Shown: positions 22,111-31,444 of the stretch, piece by piece
How the letters are laid out: each line of letters starts with the position of its first letter
Numbering within the stretch: the first letter of the stretch is position 1
Source: a virus
Taxonomy: Duplodnaviria > Caudoviricetes
Length of the DNA: 64,000 nucleotides
Direction: 5' to 3' (one strand)
IMG/VR virus record: IMGVR_UViG_3300017722_003538
Location: 29,071 to 93,070 of that record
Position numbers and translations under genes: made by a program
The notes under the pieces: model-generated
What the model was told of the DNA's origin: nothing
Database searches by the model: none
Seen by the model: the letters and a program-made list of their open reading frames with translations, nothing else

Positions 22111-22767
22111 ATGAATTTCGTAACAATTGACTTTTCCTTAAATTCTCCAGGTATTTGTATCTTCTCAGATAATAAATATCATTTTATTGGGTATTTAAAA
22201 CCAAACACAGGCACCAAAGCCGAACAAAAGATTCAAGAGGAACTACACCTACTTGAAGATTGTCAGATTCACGATCAGCCGGATTGGACGAATAACGAGG
22301 CCTATTCGAAGAGTGAAATGATTAAAATCCAAAGACACACTCGAACTGCAAATGACATTATTGATATGGTTATTGAAATTACAGGAGAAGACCCTGAAGT
22401 TGTTGTTGCGTTTGAGGGCTCCTCTTATGGTTCTTCAGGTGGAACTAATAACATTATTGATATGGCGGCTGGAGCAGCAATCTTAAAGATGGAACTCATG
22501 TCGAGGCTTAAAGTCAAGGATATGATGACGATCGCACCTTCGACAATTAAGAAGCATGCTGGAAAGGGTAACATGAAGAAGGATGAACTTTGGGTTAAAT
22601 TCTTGGATAACGTTTTAAACGATTCAGTGCTTGAAAACTCATCACTGCTTAGATACTGTAAAACCCAAATCGGAGAGGTTAAAAAAGTCCCAAAACCCTT
22701 AGATGATTTGGTGGATGCCTACTTTCTGAATCATCTAGCCCGAACTCTATTTTACCCGGAGGCTTAA
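22111..22767 (+). CDS. RuvC-like Holliday junction resolvase (RNase H fold)
   Basis: IDFSLNSPG, VAFEGSSY, APSTIKKHAGKGN..K, DDLVDAY catalytic motifs. Confidence 0.8.
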   Translation: MNFVTIDFSLNSPGICIFSDNKYHFIGYLKPNTGTKAEQKIQEELHLLEDCQIHDQPDWTNNEAYSKSEMIKIQRHTRTANDIIDMVIEITGEDPEVVVAFEGSSYGSSGGTNNIIDMAAGAAILKMELMSRLKVKDMMTIAPSTIKKHAGKGNMKKDELWVKFLDNVLNDSVLENSSLLRYCKTQIGEVKKVPKPLDDLVDAYFLNHLARTLFYPEA

Positions 22768-22775
22768 AGACTTTA

Positions 22776-22805
22776 GTTATATTCAACATGTAAGTTTTTG
22801 TTTCA
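22776..22805 (-). promoter_or_regulatory. Putative antisense promoter TGAAAC-N18-TATAAC
   Basis: Reverse-strand match to the promoter motif seen eight times on +; spacer 18 rather than 17. Confidence 0.4.
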
Positions 22806-22895
22806 AGAATCTTAAAAAATATTTTAAGGTGGTAAATTTGTGCCTCCAGGGACAGGTTCCCCTAATAAAAAAGATATATAATCTATATAGAATCT

Positions 22896-22924
22896 TGAAA
22901 CAAAAAAGAGAGTTTCTATATAAC
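22896..22924 (+). promoter_or_regulatory. Putative early/middle promoter TGAAAC-N17-TATAAC for the SSB gene
   Basis: Exact 17-nt spacing shared with seven other intergenic copies; GATATATAA also at 22873-22881. Confidence 0.65.
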
Positions 22925-22928
22925 TATC

Positions 22929-22996
22929 ATAAGTAATTAAAGGGCCCTTAAGACTTATTAAATTTAAAGTTTAACAAAATTAAAGCAATTAAAGAC
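22929..22996 (+). promoter_or_regulatory. Putative gp32-type autogenous translational operator
   Basis: Hairpin followed by seven TTAA elements within 56 nt before the SSB start, as in the T4 gene 32 leader. Confidence 0.5.
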
Positions 22997-23920
22997 ATGC
23001 AAGAATTTGACATTTTTAATCTTGGCGTAAATGACGTCGACACACACGAAACACAAGCTTCATCTGGAAGCGATCTTTACAAACCTACCGCAGATGACGG
23101 TAAGGATGGAACTTATAAAGCAATGATTCGCTTTGTTCCTAACCCAACAAACCCACGAAACTCTTTAGTAAAAAAATACGTACATTGGCTAACAAACGCT
23201 AATGGTGACGGTAAAATGGTAGACTCTCCATCGACAGTTGGAGCTCCATGTCCTATCGCAGACGTATTCTTTAAGTTACGTAAAAGTGACTCAGCAGTTG
23301 ACCGTAAAATGAGTGATAAACTTAAAAGACGTGAGCAATACTTTGCACTTATTAAAATTATCAAAGACCCACAAAATCCTGAACTAGAAGGACAATACAA
23401 AGTCTTCAAATTTGGTTACAAAATCAAAGAGAAAATCGATGAGGAATTAAAACCAGCTTTTGGAGAACCAACTCAAGTATTTGACCTATTTGCAGGTAAA
23501 AACTTCGAATTGATTATTACTCGTCAAGGTGATTTCAACAACTACGATAAATCAAAGTTCTCTTCAAAAACATCACCTATTGAGATTGATGGTAAAGCAG
23601 CGACTCGTACTCCTGAATCGATGGGTGCTATTAAAACCGAGTTGGAAACGGCTCCAAGTTTAGAGCCATACGAATACAAAGCATGGGACGGAGAAACTCT
23701 TGATTTTGTTAATTCTATTCTTAGAAATTACTTAAATCCCGGAAGTTCAATAGATTCAGTTGTTAACAAACCTGCTGCTAAAAAAGCACCAGCGAAATCT
23801 GAACCGGTTGCAGAAGCTAATGATTTTGAGTTCCCATCAGATATGGTAGGAAATCCAGACTCTACGAATGTAGACTCTTCAGATGACTTAGATTCATTCT
23901 TGAATGACTTAGATATTTAA
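22997..23920 (+). CDS. gp32: Single-stranded DNA-binding protein (T4 gp32-like)
   Basis: YKPTADDGKDG.YKAMIRF.P, CPI, IKDPQNPELEGQ...FKFG.KI..KI, NYDKSKF, acidic tail DDLDSFLNDLDI. Confidence 0.92.
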   Translation: MQEFDIFNLGVNDVDTHETQASSGSDLYKPTADDGKDGTYKAMIRFVPNPTNPRNSLVKKYVHWLTNANGDGKMVDSPSTVGAPCPIADVFFKLRKSDSAVDRKMSDKLKRREQYFALIKIIKDPQNPELEGQYKVFKFGYKIKEKIDEELKPAFGEPTQVFDLFAGKNFELIITRQGDFNNYDKSKFSSKTSPIEIDGKAATRTPESMGAIKTELETAPSLEPYEYKAWDGETLDFVNSILRNYLNPGSSIDSVVNKPAAKKAPAKSEPVAEANDFEFPSDMVGNPDSTNVDSSDDLDSFLNDLDI

Positions 23921-23941
23921 TCTAAGTTACTTTTATAAACT

Positions 23942-23971
23942 AAAGGGCTAATTAAACTTAGCCCTTTTTTT
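23942..23971 (+). terminator. Rho-independent terminator overlapping a TAAAC-N17-TATAAT promoter (23953-23980)
   Basis: aaagggctaa/ttagcccttt stem followed by T-run. Confidence 0.75.
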
Positions 23972-23983
23972 CTATATAATAGT

Positions 23984-25108
23984 ATGCAGAGTCAAAAAAT
24001 CACAGAAGATTTAAAGATAAAAATCAGAAGCTTGGTAAAACAAGCAATTGTAAAGGCTCATAATGAGCCCAACAAGCATATGATTAAAGAGATGCCGGGT
24101 AGAATTACGATGGCATGTCCCTATTGTGGTGACTCGACGACTGACCATAAAAAGAAGCGTGGAAATCTCTACTGGGACACCTTACAATTCCATTGTTTTA
24201 ACTGCGGAGTCCACTCAAATGCATACCAATTATTAAAAGACCATCACGTAAAATTCCAAAGTACTGATGATTCTATCCAAGTTATTGACTACATTCAAGA
24301 ACATAAGATGGAAACAAATGAAATCGAAGTGCTTGAACATGATGTGTTTAAATTAACTTATGATATGGCTCCTACCAGAAAGGAACTTATGGAATGGTTT
24401 AAATTTAAAGAGGTCGAACCTGGAGACCCTGCATTTTTCTATCTTAAGAATCGTTTATTAGCCAGCCAAATGCACCGTTTTATGTACTCACCCAAAGATA
24501 AAAGAATTGTGGTACTCAATGTAGCTCCAAATGACAAAGTTATCGGTTTTCAAACTCGTTCAATCGACAAGCGTTCTAATTCTCGTTATTTAACTTATGA
24601 CCTTGAGAAAATATATCAAGAAACTCAACGGGAGATTGTGCTGACTGATGAAGAGCTGATTGGCGTTAAGAAACTGTCAACCCTGTTCGGTGTAATGATA
24701 GTTGACTTTGAACGCGATGTTACGATGTTTGAAGGACCTATTGACGCAATGTTTATGCAGAATTCGATTGGATTGGCAACTGCTGGTCGTTCAACTCTAG
24801 AATTTGATGAGATACCTACAATACGATATATGTTTGATAATGATACTACCGGTAAAAAGAAGATGATGGAGAAGATCCGAAGAGGCAAACAAATATTTAC
24901 ATGGGAGAAATTCTTTAAAGATACTAAAATTGACCAGGACTGGGAAGAGTATTTGCTAAAATTGAACAAAGATGAAAGAGATAAATATCCTAAACAAATA
25001 GGTGATTTAAACGATTTAGTGATTGCGTCATGGCTAACCAAAAATAAATGCTTAGCCCAAATTCAAAAATATTTTACTAACTCCAGGCTAGATGCATATT
25101 ACCTATGA
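23984..25108 (+). CDS. gp61: DNA primase (T4 gp61-like)
   Basis: Zn finger CPYCGDS...HCFNCG; TOPRIM FEGPIDAMF and MFDND; DLNDL. Confidence 0.92.
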   Translation: MQSQKITEDLKIKIRSLVKQAIVKAHNEPNKHMIKEMPGRITMACPYCGDSTTDHKKKRGNLYWDTLQFHCFNCGVHSNAYQLLKDHHVKFQSTDDSIQVIDYIQEHKMETNEIEVLEHDVFKLTYDMAPTRKELMEWFKFKEVEPGDPAFFYLKNRLLASQMHRFMYSPKDKRIVVLNVAPNDKVIGFQTRSIDKRSNSRYLTYDLEKIYQETQREIVLTDEELIGVKKLSTLFGVMIVDFERDVTMFEGPIDAMFMQNSIGLATAGRSTLEFDEIPTIRYMFDNDTTGKKKMMEKIRRGKQIFTWEKFFKDTKIDQDWEEYLLKLNKDERDKYPKQIGDLNDLVIASWLTKNKCLAQIQKYFTNSRLDAYYL

Positions 25109-25323
25109 TAAAAATAGATTTTTTAGAAATGGTTGCCCAAGAATTCGAAGAATTTGAAAACGAAAAAAACAAAAGAAAGAATATTAAGATGATGCTTGAT
25201 TTTAGCACTTCAACATATTCTCACACCGAAAAAGAATTTAAAATGACTAAGCCGCGATTAAAGGCAAAGTTAAAAAGTTCAGTATTTATTAAGGACAAGA
25301 ACAAAGGAAATTCACTTTTTTAA
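25105..25323 (+). CDS. Hypothetical protein
   Basis: ATGA overlap with primase stop; 72 aa. Confidence 0.6.
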   Translation: MIKIDFLEMVAQEFEEFENEKNKRKNIKMMLDFSTSTYSHTEKEFKMTKPRLKAKLKSSVFIKDKNKGNSLF

Positions 25324-25334
25324 AAAAGAATTAT

Positions 25335-25763
25335 ATGACAGACGTCAAAGACAAAATAACACAGCTCGACGAATACTTAGTTAAACAGCGAGAGGATTGG
25401 ACCCAAAAAATAAAAGGCCTAACCGAGGAACTTAAGTTAGGTAACAATCTAGAGAGCGTAAGTGCATTCACACTTAGCTATCGACAAATATTGGTTGAAC
25501 ACTTAGCAACCATGGGTAATCGAATCAAAACCCAAAAATCAGTAGTAGATAGAAAATATAAAGATAAATGGATTGAGTACTATAGTTACGACTATAAACT
25601 CACCGATAAAATGCGTGAAAAATTCGTCGAAGCAGACATTGCCGATGACACGAATATCCTTGAGTTGCTGATAACTCAGAAAAACTTTTTTGAGGGTTCA
25701 ATTAAGACACTCGATAATATGGGCTTTGCAATTAAGAATCGCCTCGATATTAGTCGTTTATAA
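25335..25763 (+). CDS. uvsY: Recombination mediator UvsY-like
   Basis: Helical, YY.Y, ...FFEGSIKTLDNMGFAIKNRLD C-terminus; immediately upstream of UvsW. Confidence 0.7.
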   Translation: MTDVKDKITQLDEYLVKQREDWTQKIKGLTEELKLGNNLESVSAFTLSYRQILVEHLATMGNRIKTQKSVVDRKYKDKWIEYYSYDYKLTDKMREKFVEADIADDTNILELLITQKNFFEGSIKTLDNMGFAIKNRLDISRL

Positions 25764-25779
25764 AAAGATCACATGAGAT

Positions 25780-27288
25780 TTGATTTTAACATTAACGGAT
25801 GATAATCAATTTTTAAGAATTGATGAAGCAACCGAAATTGAGTTAGAGCAGATTAGAATCTCTCTGACCAAAAGAATAGAAAGCTGGAGGTTTCACCCTC
25901 TAGTTAAACGTGGAGTTTGGGATGGATACGTATCATATATTAAAGATGATAAATGGATTCCTGCCGGACTTTGGCGTCATGTTATGACAATATGTAAAGA
26001 ATACCGATACGAACTTAAAATCGAGGATATTAAGAGGCTTATTGACTCCAATATTAATGCAGAACAGTTTGAGGAATGGGCTCTAGAATTTTTTAAAGGT
26101 TCACAGTTTACTCCTCGTGATTATCAAATAGAAACTGCATATAACATTCTAAAATTTAGAAAGTGTCTAGCAGAGCTTGCAACTTCAGCAGGTAAGACAC
26201 TGATTAGCTTTTTGACCGTTGCTTACATGCTTGAAAAGGGACATGCACAACGGATTCTTTTTATTGTACCTAACGTTTCATTGGTAGTTCAGGCACACGA
26301 AGATTTCCACGAATATAACGTTAGAAATAGAATTGACCTAAGAATCCAACAAATATTTGCGGGACAAGAGGTTAAAAAGAACAAAAACATAATTATTGGA
26401 ACCTATCAATCATTGATTAAAAAGGATGCCGCCTATTTTGCAGAATTTGACGCAGTTATTGTCGATGAAACTCACAAGGCAAAAGGAGCCAGTATTAAAG
26501 AAATCCTTGGTAAATGTGTAAATGCAAAGTACAGATTTGGACTTTCAGGTACAATTCCAAAGGATGGTACACTTGACAAATTAACCCTAATGAGTCAGAC
26601 TGGCCCGGTTATTAGTGAAGTTAAGGCAAGTTTCTTACAAGAGCAGGGACATATTGCTCAATGTGTTGTTAAGGTTATTGAAATGAACTATGCAACTCCA
26701 AAACAGCGAACAGCTTTCATGGAATTGGCCCAAAACCGATATGAAAATAAAGATGTGTTCTCATTGGAGCAAAACTTTGTAATCACTAGTGAGGCACGAC
26801 TTAATTTTATATCAAACGTAATTGCAAGAGTACCCAGAAATTCATTAGTGCTTTTCCATCGAATTGAACATGGACAGAGACTATATGAGAAGTTAAGACA
26901 AGAAAGTAACAAGAGGGTATTTTATGTTGATGGTGGAACTGATTCAGATATTAGAGAGGAATATAAAAAGAAGATGGAGGCTGGAGATGAAATTGTAATT
27001 GTTGCAAGTTTCGGAACCTTCTCAACTGGTATCTCTATTAAAAAAATTCACAACATATTTTTTACTGAATCATTCAAATCAGAGGTAATTATTAGACAAT
27101 CGATTGGACGTGGTCTAAGGCAACATGCATCAAAAGACAAGGTATTAATTGTTGATTTTGTCGATGATATTAGAACCTTAGAGTGGGATAATTATTTGTA
27201 CAAACACGGAAAGGTACGCCAATCTATTTATAAACAAGAGAAATTTGAATACACTGTAAAGAAAGTGGATTTTGATGGGGATATATAA
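25780..27288 (+). CDS. uvsW: SF2 DNA helicase UvsW
   Basis: WDG, PRDYQ, ATSAGKT, DETH, GLSGT, FSTGISIK, QSIGRGLR. Confidence 0.93.
   Translation: MILTLTDDNQFLRIDEATEIELEQIRISLTKRIESWRFHPLVKRGVWDGYVSYIKDDKWIPAGLWRHVMTICKEYRYELKIEDIKRLIDSNINAEQFEEWALEFFKGSQFTPRDYQIETAYNILKFRKCLAELATSAGKTLISFLTVAYMLEKGHAQRILFIVPNVSLVVQAHEDFHEYNVRNRIDLRIQQIFAGQEVKKNKNIIIGTYQSLIKKDAAYFAEFDAVIVDETHKAKGASIKEILGKCVNAKYRFGLSGTIPKDGTLDKLTLMSQTGPVISEVKASFLQEQGHIAQCVVKVIEMNYATPKQRTAFMELAQNRYENKDVFSLEQNFVITSEARLNFISNVIARVPRNSLVLFHRIEHGQRLYEKLRQESNKRVFYVDGGTDSDIREEYKKKMEAGDEIVIVASFGTFSTGISIKKIHNIFFTESFKSEVIIRQSIGRGLRQHASKDKVLIVDFVDDIRTLEWDNYLYKHGKVRQSIYKQEKFEYTVKKVDFDGDI
27280..27288 (+). promoter_or_regulatory. Putative late promoter GATATATAA
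   Basis: Recurrent motif overlapping the uvsW stop, upstream of the internal-protein block. Confidence 0.55.
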
Positions 27289-27321
27289 ACATATTAACGT
27301 AATAAAAAAACATATTAAAAA

Positions 27322-28248
27322 ATGGCACAAGTAAATAAAATTTCTTCATTTAAGAGTTTTACTGAAGTTAAGAATCAGGAAGCTACATTGAAACTAAGAG
27401 AAACAAACAATGCAAAAAGACAGGAAACTGTTGGTAAAATTGGAGCAATCCTTGACGAAATGGGTTTAACTTCTCTATCTGAATTGGATGAAGTTAAAAA
27501 ACAGGCACTAATCAACAAAATGTTTGGAAATGTTTCAGAAGATGAAGCAGAAGATATTGAAGATGAAATTAATAAATTAGGAGAACCTAAAAAACTAGAA
27601 GAGAGAAATGCATTCTTAGGAGCTAGAGCAAAGGCTATTGAAGAGGACAAAACTGAATTTGAGTTTAACGGTAAAACCTACAAAGTAAAAGTAAACGAAG
27701 GTAATGCTTTCGGAGACGCTGTTAGAAAAGCTAAAGAGGCTGGAGAGAAAGAATTTGAATTCGATGGTAAAACTTACAAAGTTGAGGAAGGTAATGCCTT
27801 TGGAGACGCTGTTAGAAAAGCAAAAGAGGATGGAGAAGAGGAATTTGAATTTGACGGTAAAACTTTTAAAGTTGAAGAGGCTTTAAATGCCATAAATGAA
27901 GGTCGAGTTAAAGCGGCTACCCTACTACAAGAATTAATTGACGGAAATACTTCTAGAGCAGAAGGTATTAAAATGTCAAAAGACTTAGCTGAACATTATT
28001 TATATTGGTTAAGAACTTCTCCTTATGGCAAGAAAAATGCTGACCTACCTCTTTACATGTTAATCAAAGCAAGTTTTGTTTGGGGAATTGAAAGACAATT
28101 AGACCCTAAATTAAAAGTAGAACTTGAAGCCCTAAAAGGTAGTATTAAAGAATCAGTAGATTTTATTAATGAGGCTCGTACAATTGCTAAAATTCAATAT
28201 GACTGGTCTAAACTGACAACTACAATGGCTGCAACTGCACAAAATTAG
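27322..28248 (+). CDS. Modular head-internal polyprotein, N-terminal part (ends at an in-frame TAG)
   Basis: Leader ISSFKSFTE; three EGNAF...EFEFDGKTYKV repeats; same frame as 28276..30549. Confidence 0.7.
   Translation: MAQVNKISSFKSFTEVKNQEATLKLRETNNAKRQETVGKIGAILDEMGLTSLSELDEVKKQALINKMFGNVSEDEAEDIEDEINKLGEPKKLEERNAFLGARAKAIEEDKTEFEFNGKTYKVKVNEGNAFGDAVRKAKEAGEKEFEFDGKTYKVEEGNAFGDAVRKAKEDGEEEFEFDGKTFKVEEALNAINEGRVKAATLLQELIDGNTSRAEGIKMSKDLAEHYLYWLRTSPYGKKNADLPLYMLIKASFVWGIERQLDPKLKVELEALKGSIKESVDFINEARTIAKIQYDWSKLTTTMAATAQN
27598..27880 (+). repeat. Three tandem repeats of about 30-33 codons
   Basis: gaaggtaatgc(t/c)tt(c/t)ggagacgctgttagaaaagc at 27697 and 27787 (90-bp period), plus a diverged first copy. 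Confidence 0.85.
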
Positions 28249-28275
28249 AAAACTGCCGAAGGTCCTGCTAAAGAA

Positions 28276-30549
28276 ATGTTACTTGGAAAATTAAAAGAGA
28301 TGACAGCTCAAAAGAAAGGATTAGAAACTGAATTGGATGCTGCTATCGCTGATAAAGACAAAGACATCGAATTGGTAGTTTCTGAAGCATTCTTTAGATT
28401 ACCAAAAGATGTTATTGGAAATGAGTTATATATGGCAACCCAAAATTTAGCTAACCTATATGGTTCAATTTTAGCTGGAAATGATGTTGATGCTGGTGTT
28501 ATTGATACAGTTATTAAAGCACTTACCACTGTTAAAAAATCTGTTAAGAAATTTAATAACAAAGAAGAGGTTTTAGGAACTGTTTACGAAGGAGAAGTTA
28601 ATGAAGCCGATATGACTAAATTCTACGATGGTTTTAAAGTTCTTGACGACAAAACCGGAAAGATGACTAAATTTCATTATGTCAAAGGTAGAAAAAATAC
28701 AGATGTAGAAAACGAAGCTATTGCCAAGTTAATGAAGGCAACTGGATCATCGAGAGCAAATTTTGGAGTTCATGGATTTGTTAAAAAGGGTGAATGGAAT
28801 ATGGATAAAACTCCAGTATTTGAATCTACAGTTAATGAAGCTGACTCTGTAAAATCAGAAGCAATATCTAGACTTGCAGATTTTTTCCGTATAAGTCCTT
28901 ACGCTCTTTCAAAATTTAATTTTGATGGAAACGATAATATTAAAGAACTTACCAAAGTTTTAAACTCTACGTCAGATGAAGGTACTAAACTTTATTACGA
29001 CACATGCATTAAATTAGCCAAAAAAGATTTAGGAATTAATGAATCTACAGTTAATGAAGCTGAAAAATTCAAAAGTACTCAAGATTTTGAAGAGTTCTTA
29101 GAGGAAATCGATGGTATGCCAGAGGTTAGAATCAAAAGAATCATGGGTAAAGATTACATCGATACTCCAGGAGGTTTTAGAGATGAAGCAGATGATTACG
29201 ATAATGACATAGTAGAGTATACTCTTTCTAACATGGGTCGTAAAGATTTTGAAGCACTTAAAGCATGGTGGGAAAACAATGTTCAAGAATCTTTAACTGA
29301 AGGAATGATTAGCCCTAAAATGGCAAATAGTTTTAAAATTGGAAACAAAATTAAAACTCAAAAAGATACTTACACAATAACTGGATTCGGTTCAAAGACT
29401 GGGGCAACCAGAGATTTTGAAGCTGAAAATGAAAACGGAGAACAATTTAACTTGAGAGTTTCATTAAAAGGCGCTACTGGAATTCAAGTTGCTGTTGGAG
29501 CTAGAAATTTAAACTTTCCAGAACAACAGGAAATGTTAGAGTCAGTAGTTACTGAAGCAGCCGCTAAACAATTCGATGTTGACTTCACGTCGATGGTTAG
29601 AAATATTAAATCAGGATATGGTTGGATCGATCCAGAATACGTTGCAGATACTTGGGAAAATTCAAGTGACTCTATCGATTTTGAATTAGTTAAAGGAGAA
29701 ATCTACAAAAGATTAATAGCAGCTGGTTTATTAGCCTACGCTGATGATGAGGACGAAGAAGTAGCAGGAAAATATGTTAAATCATTAAAAGAACTTGGAA
29801 TTAAAGAATCTTTTGTTAATGAAGCAGTTTCAAACCCAAGTGAATTAACTAGCTTTATTAATAAGAATGAAAGTCATTTTGCAGCATTTTTAAAACCTAA
29901 AAAAATAAACACTTCAGTTGAAGGTAATAAAGCAATTATCAAACCTGCATCTGGTAGTTTTACTATAACTGTTGATTTTGACAAATCAACTATAGATAGC
30001 ACAGGAAAACCAAAAAACCCAGAATCAACTTCATACGTTGAAATAATAGAGTACATCAAAGGAAACACTAAATTTAAAGTTCTTAATGAGTCTGCAGAAG
30101 TAAATGAAGCTGAAGTTAAATCTGACGATGAATTTAAAGAATATGCAATGACTGTCTTGAAAAAAGCATTTGGAGATGACTTTGATGAGGCTAAAGCTAC
30201 CGAAGTAGTTGATGGAATTCTTAAAAAATGTGGAGATGATTATGGTGCATGTGTTGGAATGTTAACAAGTTCATTAGGAGAATCAGTAGTTACTGAAGCA
30301 TTTGATGCAAACTACTGGGAAGATTACCAAGAAGGTGCTCAAAAAACAAAAAACCCAACTGCTATGGTAATCATGCAAGACGTACAAGCTGCAGTTGAAG
30401 AGTGGAATGATAATAATGAAAACGGAGTTGAAAATGAAGTAACTCCGGCTGGAGAAAAGAAAGTCCTGAAACTTGCAAAAGAATTTGTTAAAGCAAAAGG
30501 ATATATCTCATTCGATATTATTGATGCAATGATCGCTCAGGAATCTTAA
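28276..30549 (+). CDS. Modular head-internal polyprotein, C-terminal part
   Basis: Repeated linkers EGEVNEA, ESTVNEA x2, ESLTEG, ESVVTEA x2, ESFVNEA, ESAEVNEA separate 60-90 aa modules. Confidence 0.7.
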   Translation: MLLGKLKEMTAQKKGLETELDAAIADKDKDIELVVSEAFFRLPKDVIGNELYMATQNLANLYGSILAGNDVDAGVIDTVIKALTTVKKSVKKFNNKEEVLGTVYEGEVNEADMTKFYDGFKVLDDKTGKMTKFHYVKGRKNTDVENEAIAKLMKATGSSRANFGVHGFVKKGEWNMDKTPVFESTVNEADSVKSEAISRLADFFRISPYALSKFNFDGNDNIKELTKVLNSTSDEGTKLYYDTCIKLAKKDLGINESTVNEAEKFKSTQDFEEFLEEIDGMPEVRIKRIMGKDYIDTPGGFRDEADDYDNDIVEYTLSNMGRKDFEALKAWWENNVQESLTEGMISPKMANSFKIGNKIKTQKDTYTITGFGSKTGATRDFEAENENGEQFNLRVSLKGATGIQVAVGARNLNFPEQQEMLESVVTEAAAKQFDVDFTSMVRNIKSGYGWIDPEYVADTWENSSDSIDFELVKGEIYKRLIAAGLLAYADDEDEEVAGKYVKSLKELGIKESFVNEAVSNPSELTSFINKNESHFAAFLKPKKINTSVEGNKAIIKPASGSFTITVDFDKSTIDSTGKPKNPESTSYVEIIEYIKGNTKFKVLNESAEVNEAEVKSDDEFKEYAMTVLKKAFGDDFDEAKATEVVDGILKKCGDDYGACVGMLTSSLGESVVTEAFDANYWEDYQEGAQKTKNPTAMVIMQDVQAAVEEWNDNNENGVENEVTPAGEKKVLKLAKEFVKAKGYISFDIIDAMIAQES

Positions 30550-30566
30550 AAATAATCTAAATAAAT

Positions 30567-30599
30567 AATACCTGATGTTTTACCATGTCAGGTATTTTT
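30567..30599 (+). terminator. Rho-independent terminator
   Basis: aatacctga/tcaggtatt stem plus T-run. Confidence 0.7.
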
Positions 30600-30613
30600 A
30601 TTATATTTACACT

Positions 30614-30886
30614 ATGAAACATATTAACCTATTTGAAGAGTTTTTAAATGAGTCTGACTATGCAGAGGCCAAAGCTGACCTTTCATTAAAGGCATCTGAT
30701 TTACTCCAAAAAAGAAAGGAACTTAGAAATAAAGTTAATGACCTAAACCAAAATGCGGATGACCCAAAGTCTGCAATTCAAGCCCAAATAGCAACCCTTA
30801 AAATGGCAGCCCTTGACCTTGATAATCAAAAAAATAGAATCAACGCAAACATACTTGATTTAAGCAGAAAATTAGAAAGTTTATAA
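30614..30886 (+). CDS. CTS-leader protein (coiled coil); start reassigned from 30575
   Basis: MKHINLFEEFLNE leader at in-frame ATG 30614; the upstream extension spans a terminator. Confidence 0.75.
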   Translation: MKHINLFEEFLNESDYAEAKADLSLKASDLLQKRKELRNKVNDLNQNADDPKSAIQAQIATLKMAALDLDNQKNRINANILDLSRKLESL

Positions 30887-30888
30887 CA

Positions 30889-31437
30889 ATGAAACACATC
30901 CAATTATTCGAACAATTTATTAATGAGGCAAAGGTTGACTACGCTAAATATGTAAAAGACACATCTAAAAAAATATTTGCAAGAGGTGGTAACGGTCAAA
31001 ATGTACTTGATTACCTGGTAGACCTTGGAAAATATATTAATAGTACGATTGACCCAAAGGCAGACCAATGGTATGGTCCACAAACACCTTCACTATTTCA
31101 AGAATTGGTTAATGGTATGGGAATTGATGATATCGAGCATAATAATGTTTCAGGTAAGAAAAGTAGTAAAAAACCAGAAGCATTCAGAGGTGCAAGCGAT
31201 TTAATTGCTGTTACAAATGACGCAATTAACCGTGCAAAATCCAACGGAGGAAACGATGCTGGATGGGGTAAAGCCGCTTTAGAACTTGCTGGACACCTTC
31301 AAGCATATAAAGTAGGTGCTGGTAATCCAGGTCCTGGAGAAGACGGATTCTATACTGCTCCAACCTTAAGTACATTCACAAGATTGGTTGATGATATTGC
31401 CATGGAAAATATCAAAAAGAATAGAGTAACACAATAA
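30889..31437 (+). CDS. CTS-leader protein with internal duplication
   Basis: MKHIQLFEQFINE leader; two related halves (WYGPQTPSLFQELVNGM / FYTAPTLSTFTRLVDDI). Confidence 0.7.
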   Translation: MKHIQLFEQFINEAKVDYAKYVKDTSKKIFARGGNGQNVLDYLVDLGKYINSTIDPKADQWYGPQTPSLFQELVNGMGIDDIEHNNVSGKKSSKKPEAFRGASDLIAVTNDAINRAKSNGGNDAGWGKAALELAGHLQAYKVGAGNPGPGEDGFYTAPTLSTFTRLVDDIAMENIKKNRVTQ

Positions 31438-31444
31438 TAAAACT

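Noticed and set aside
27322-30549. Genome-wide TAG recoding (alternative genetic code)
   Set aside because: Core genes are intact under code 11; only one internal TAG seen, so there is no systematic fragmentation
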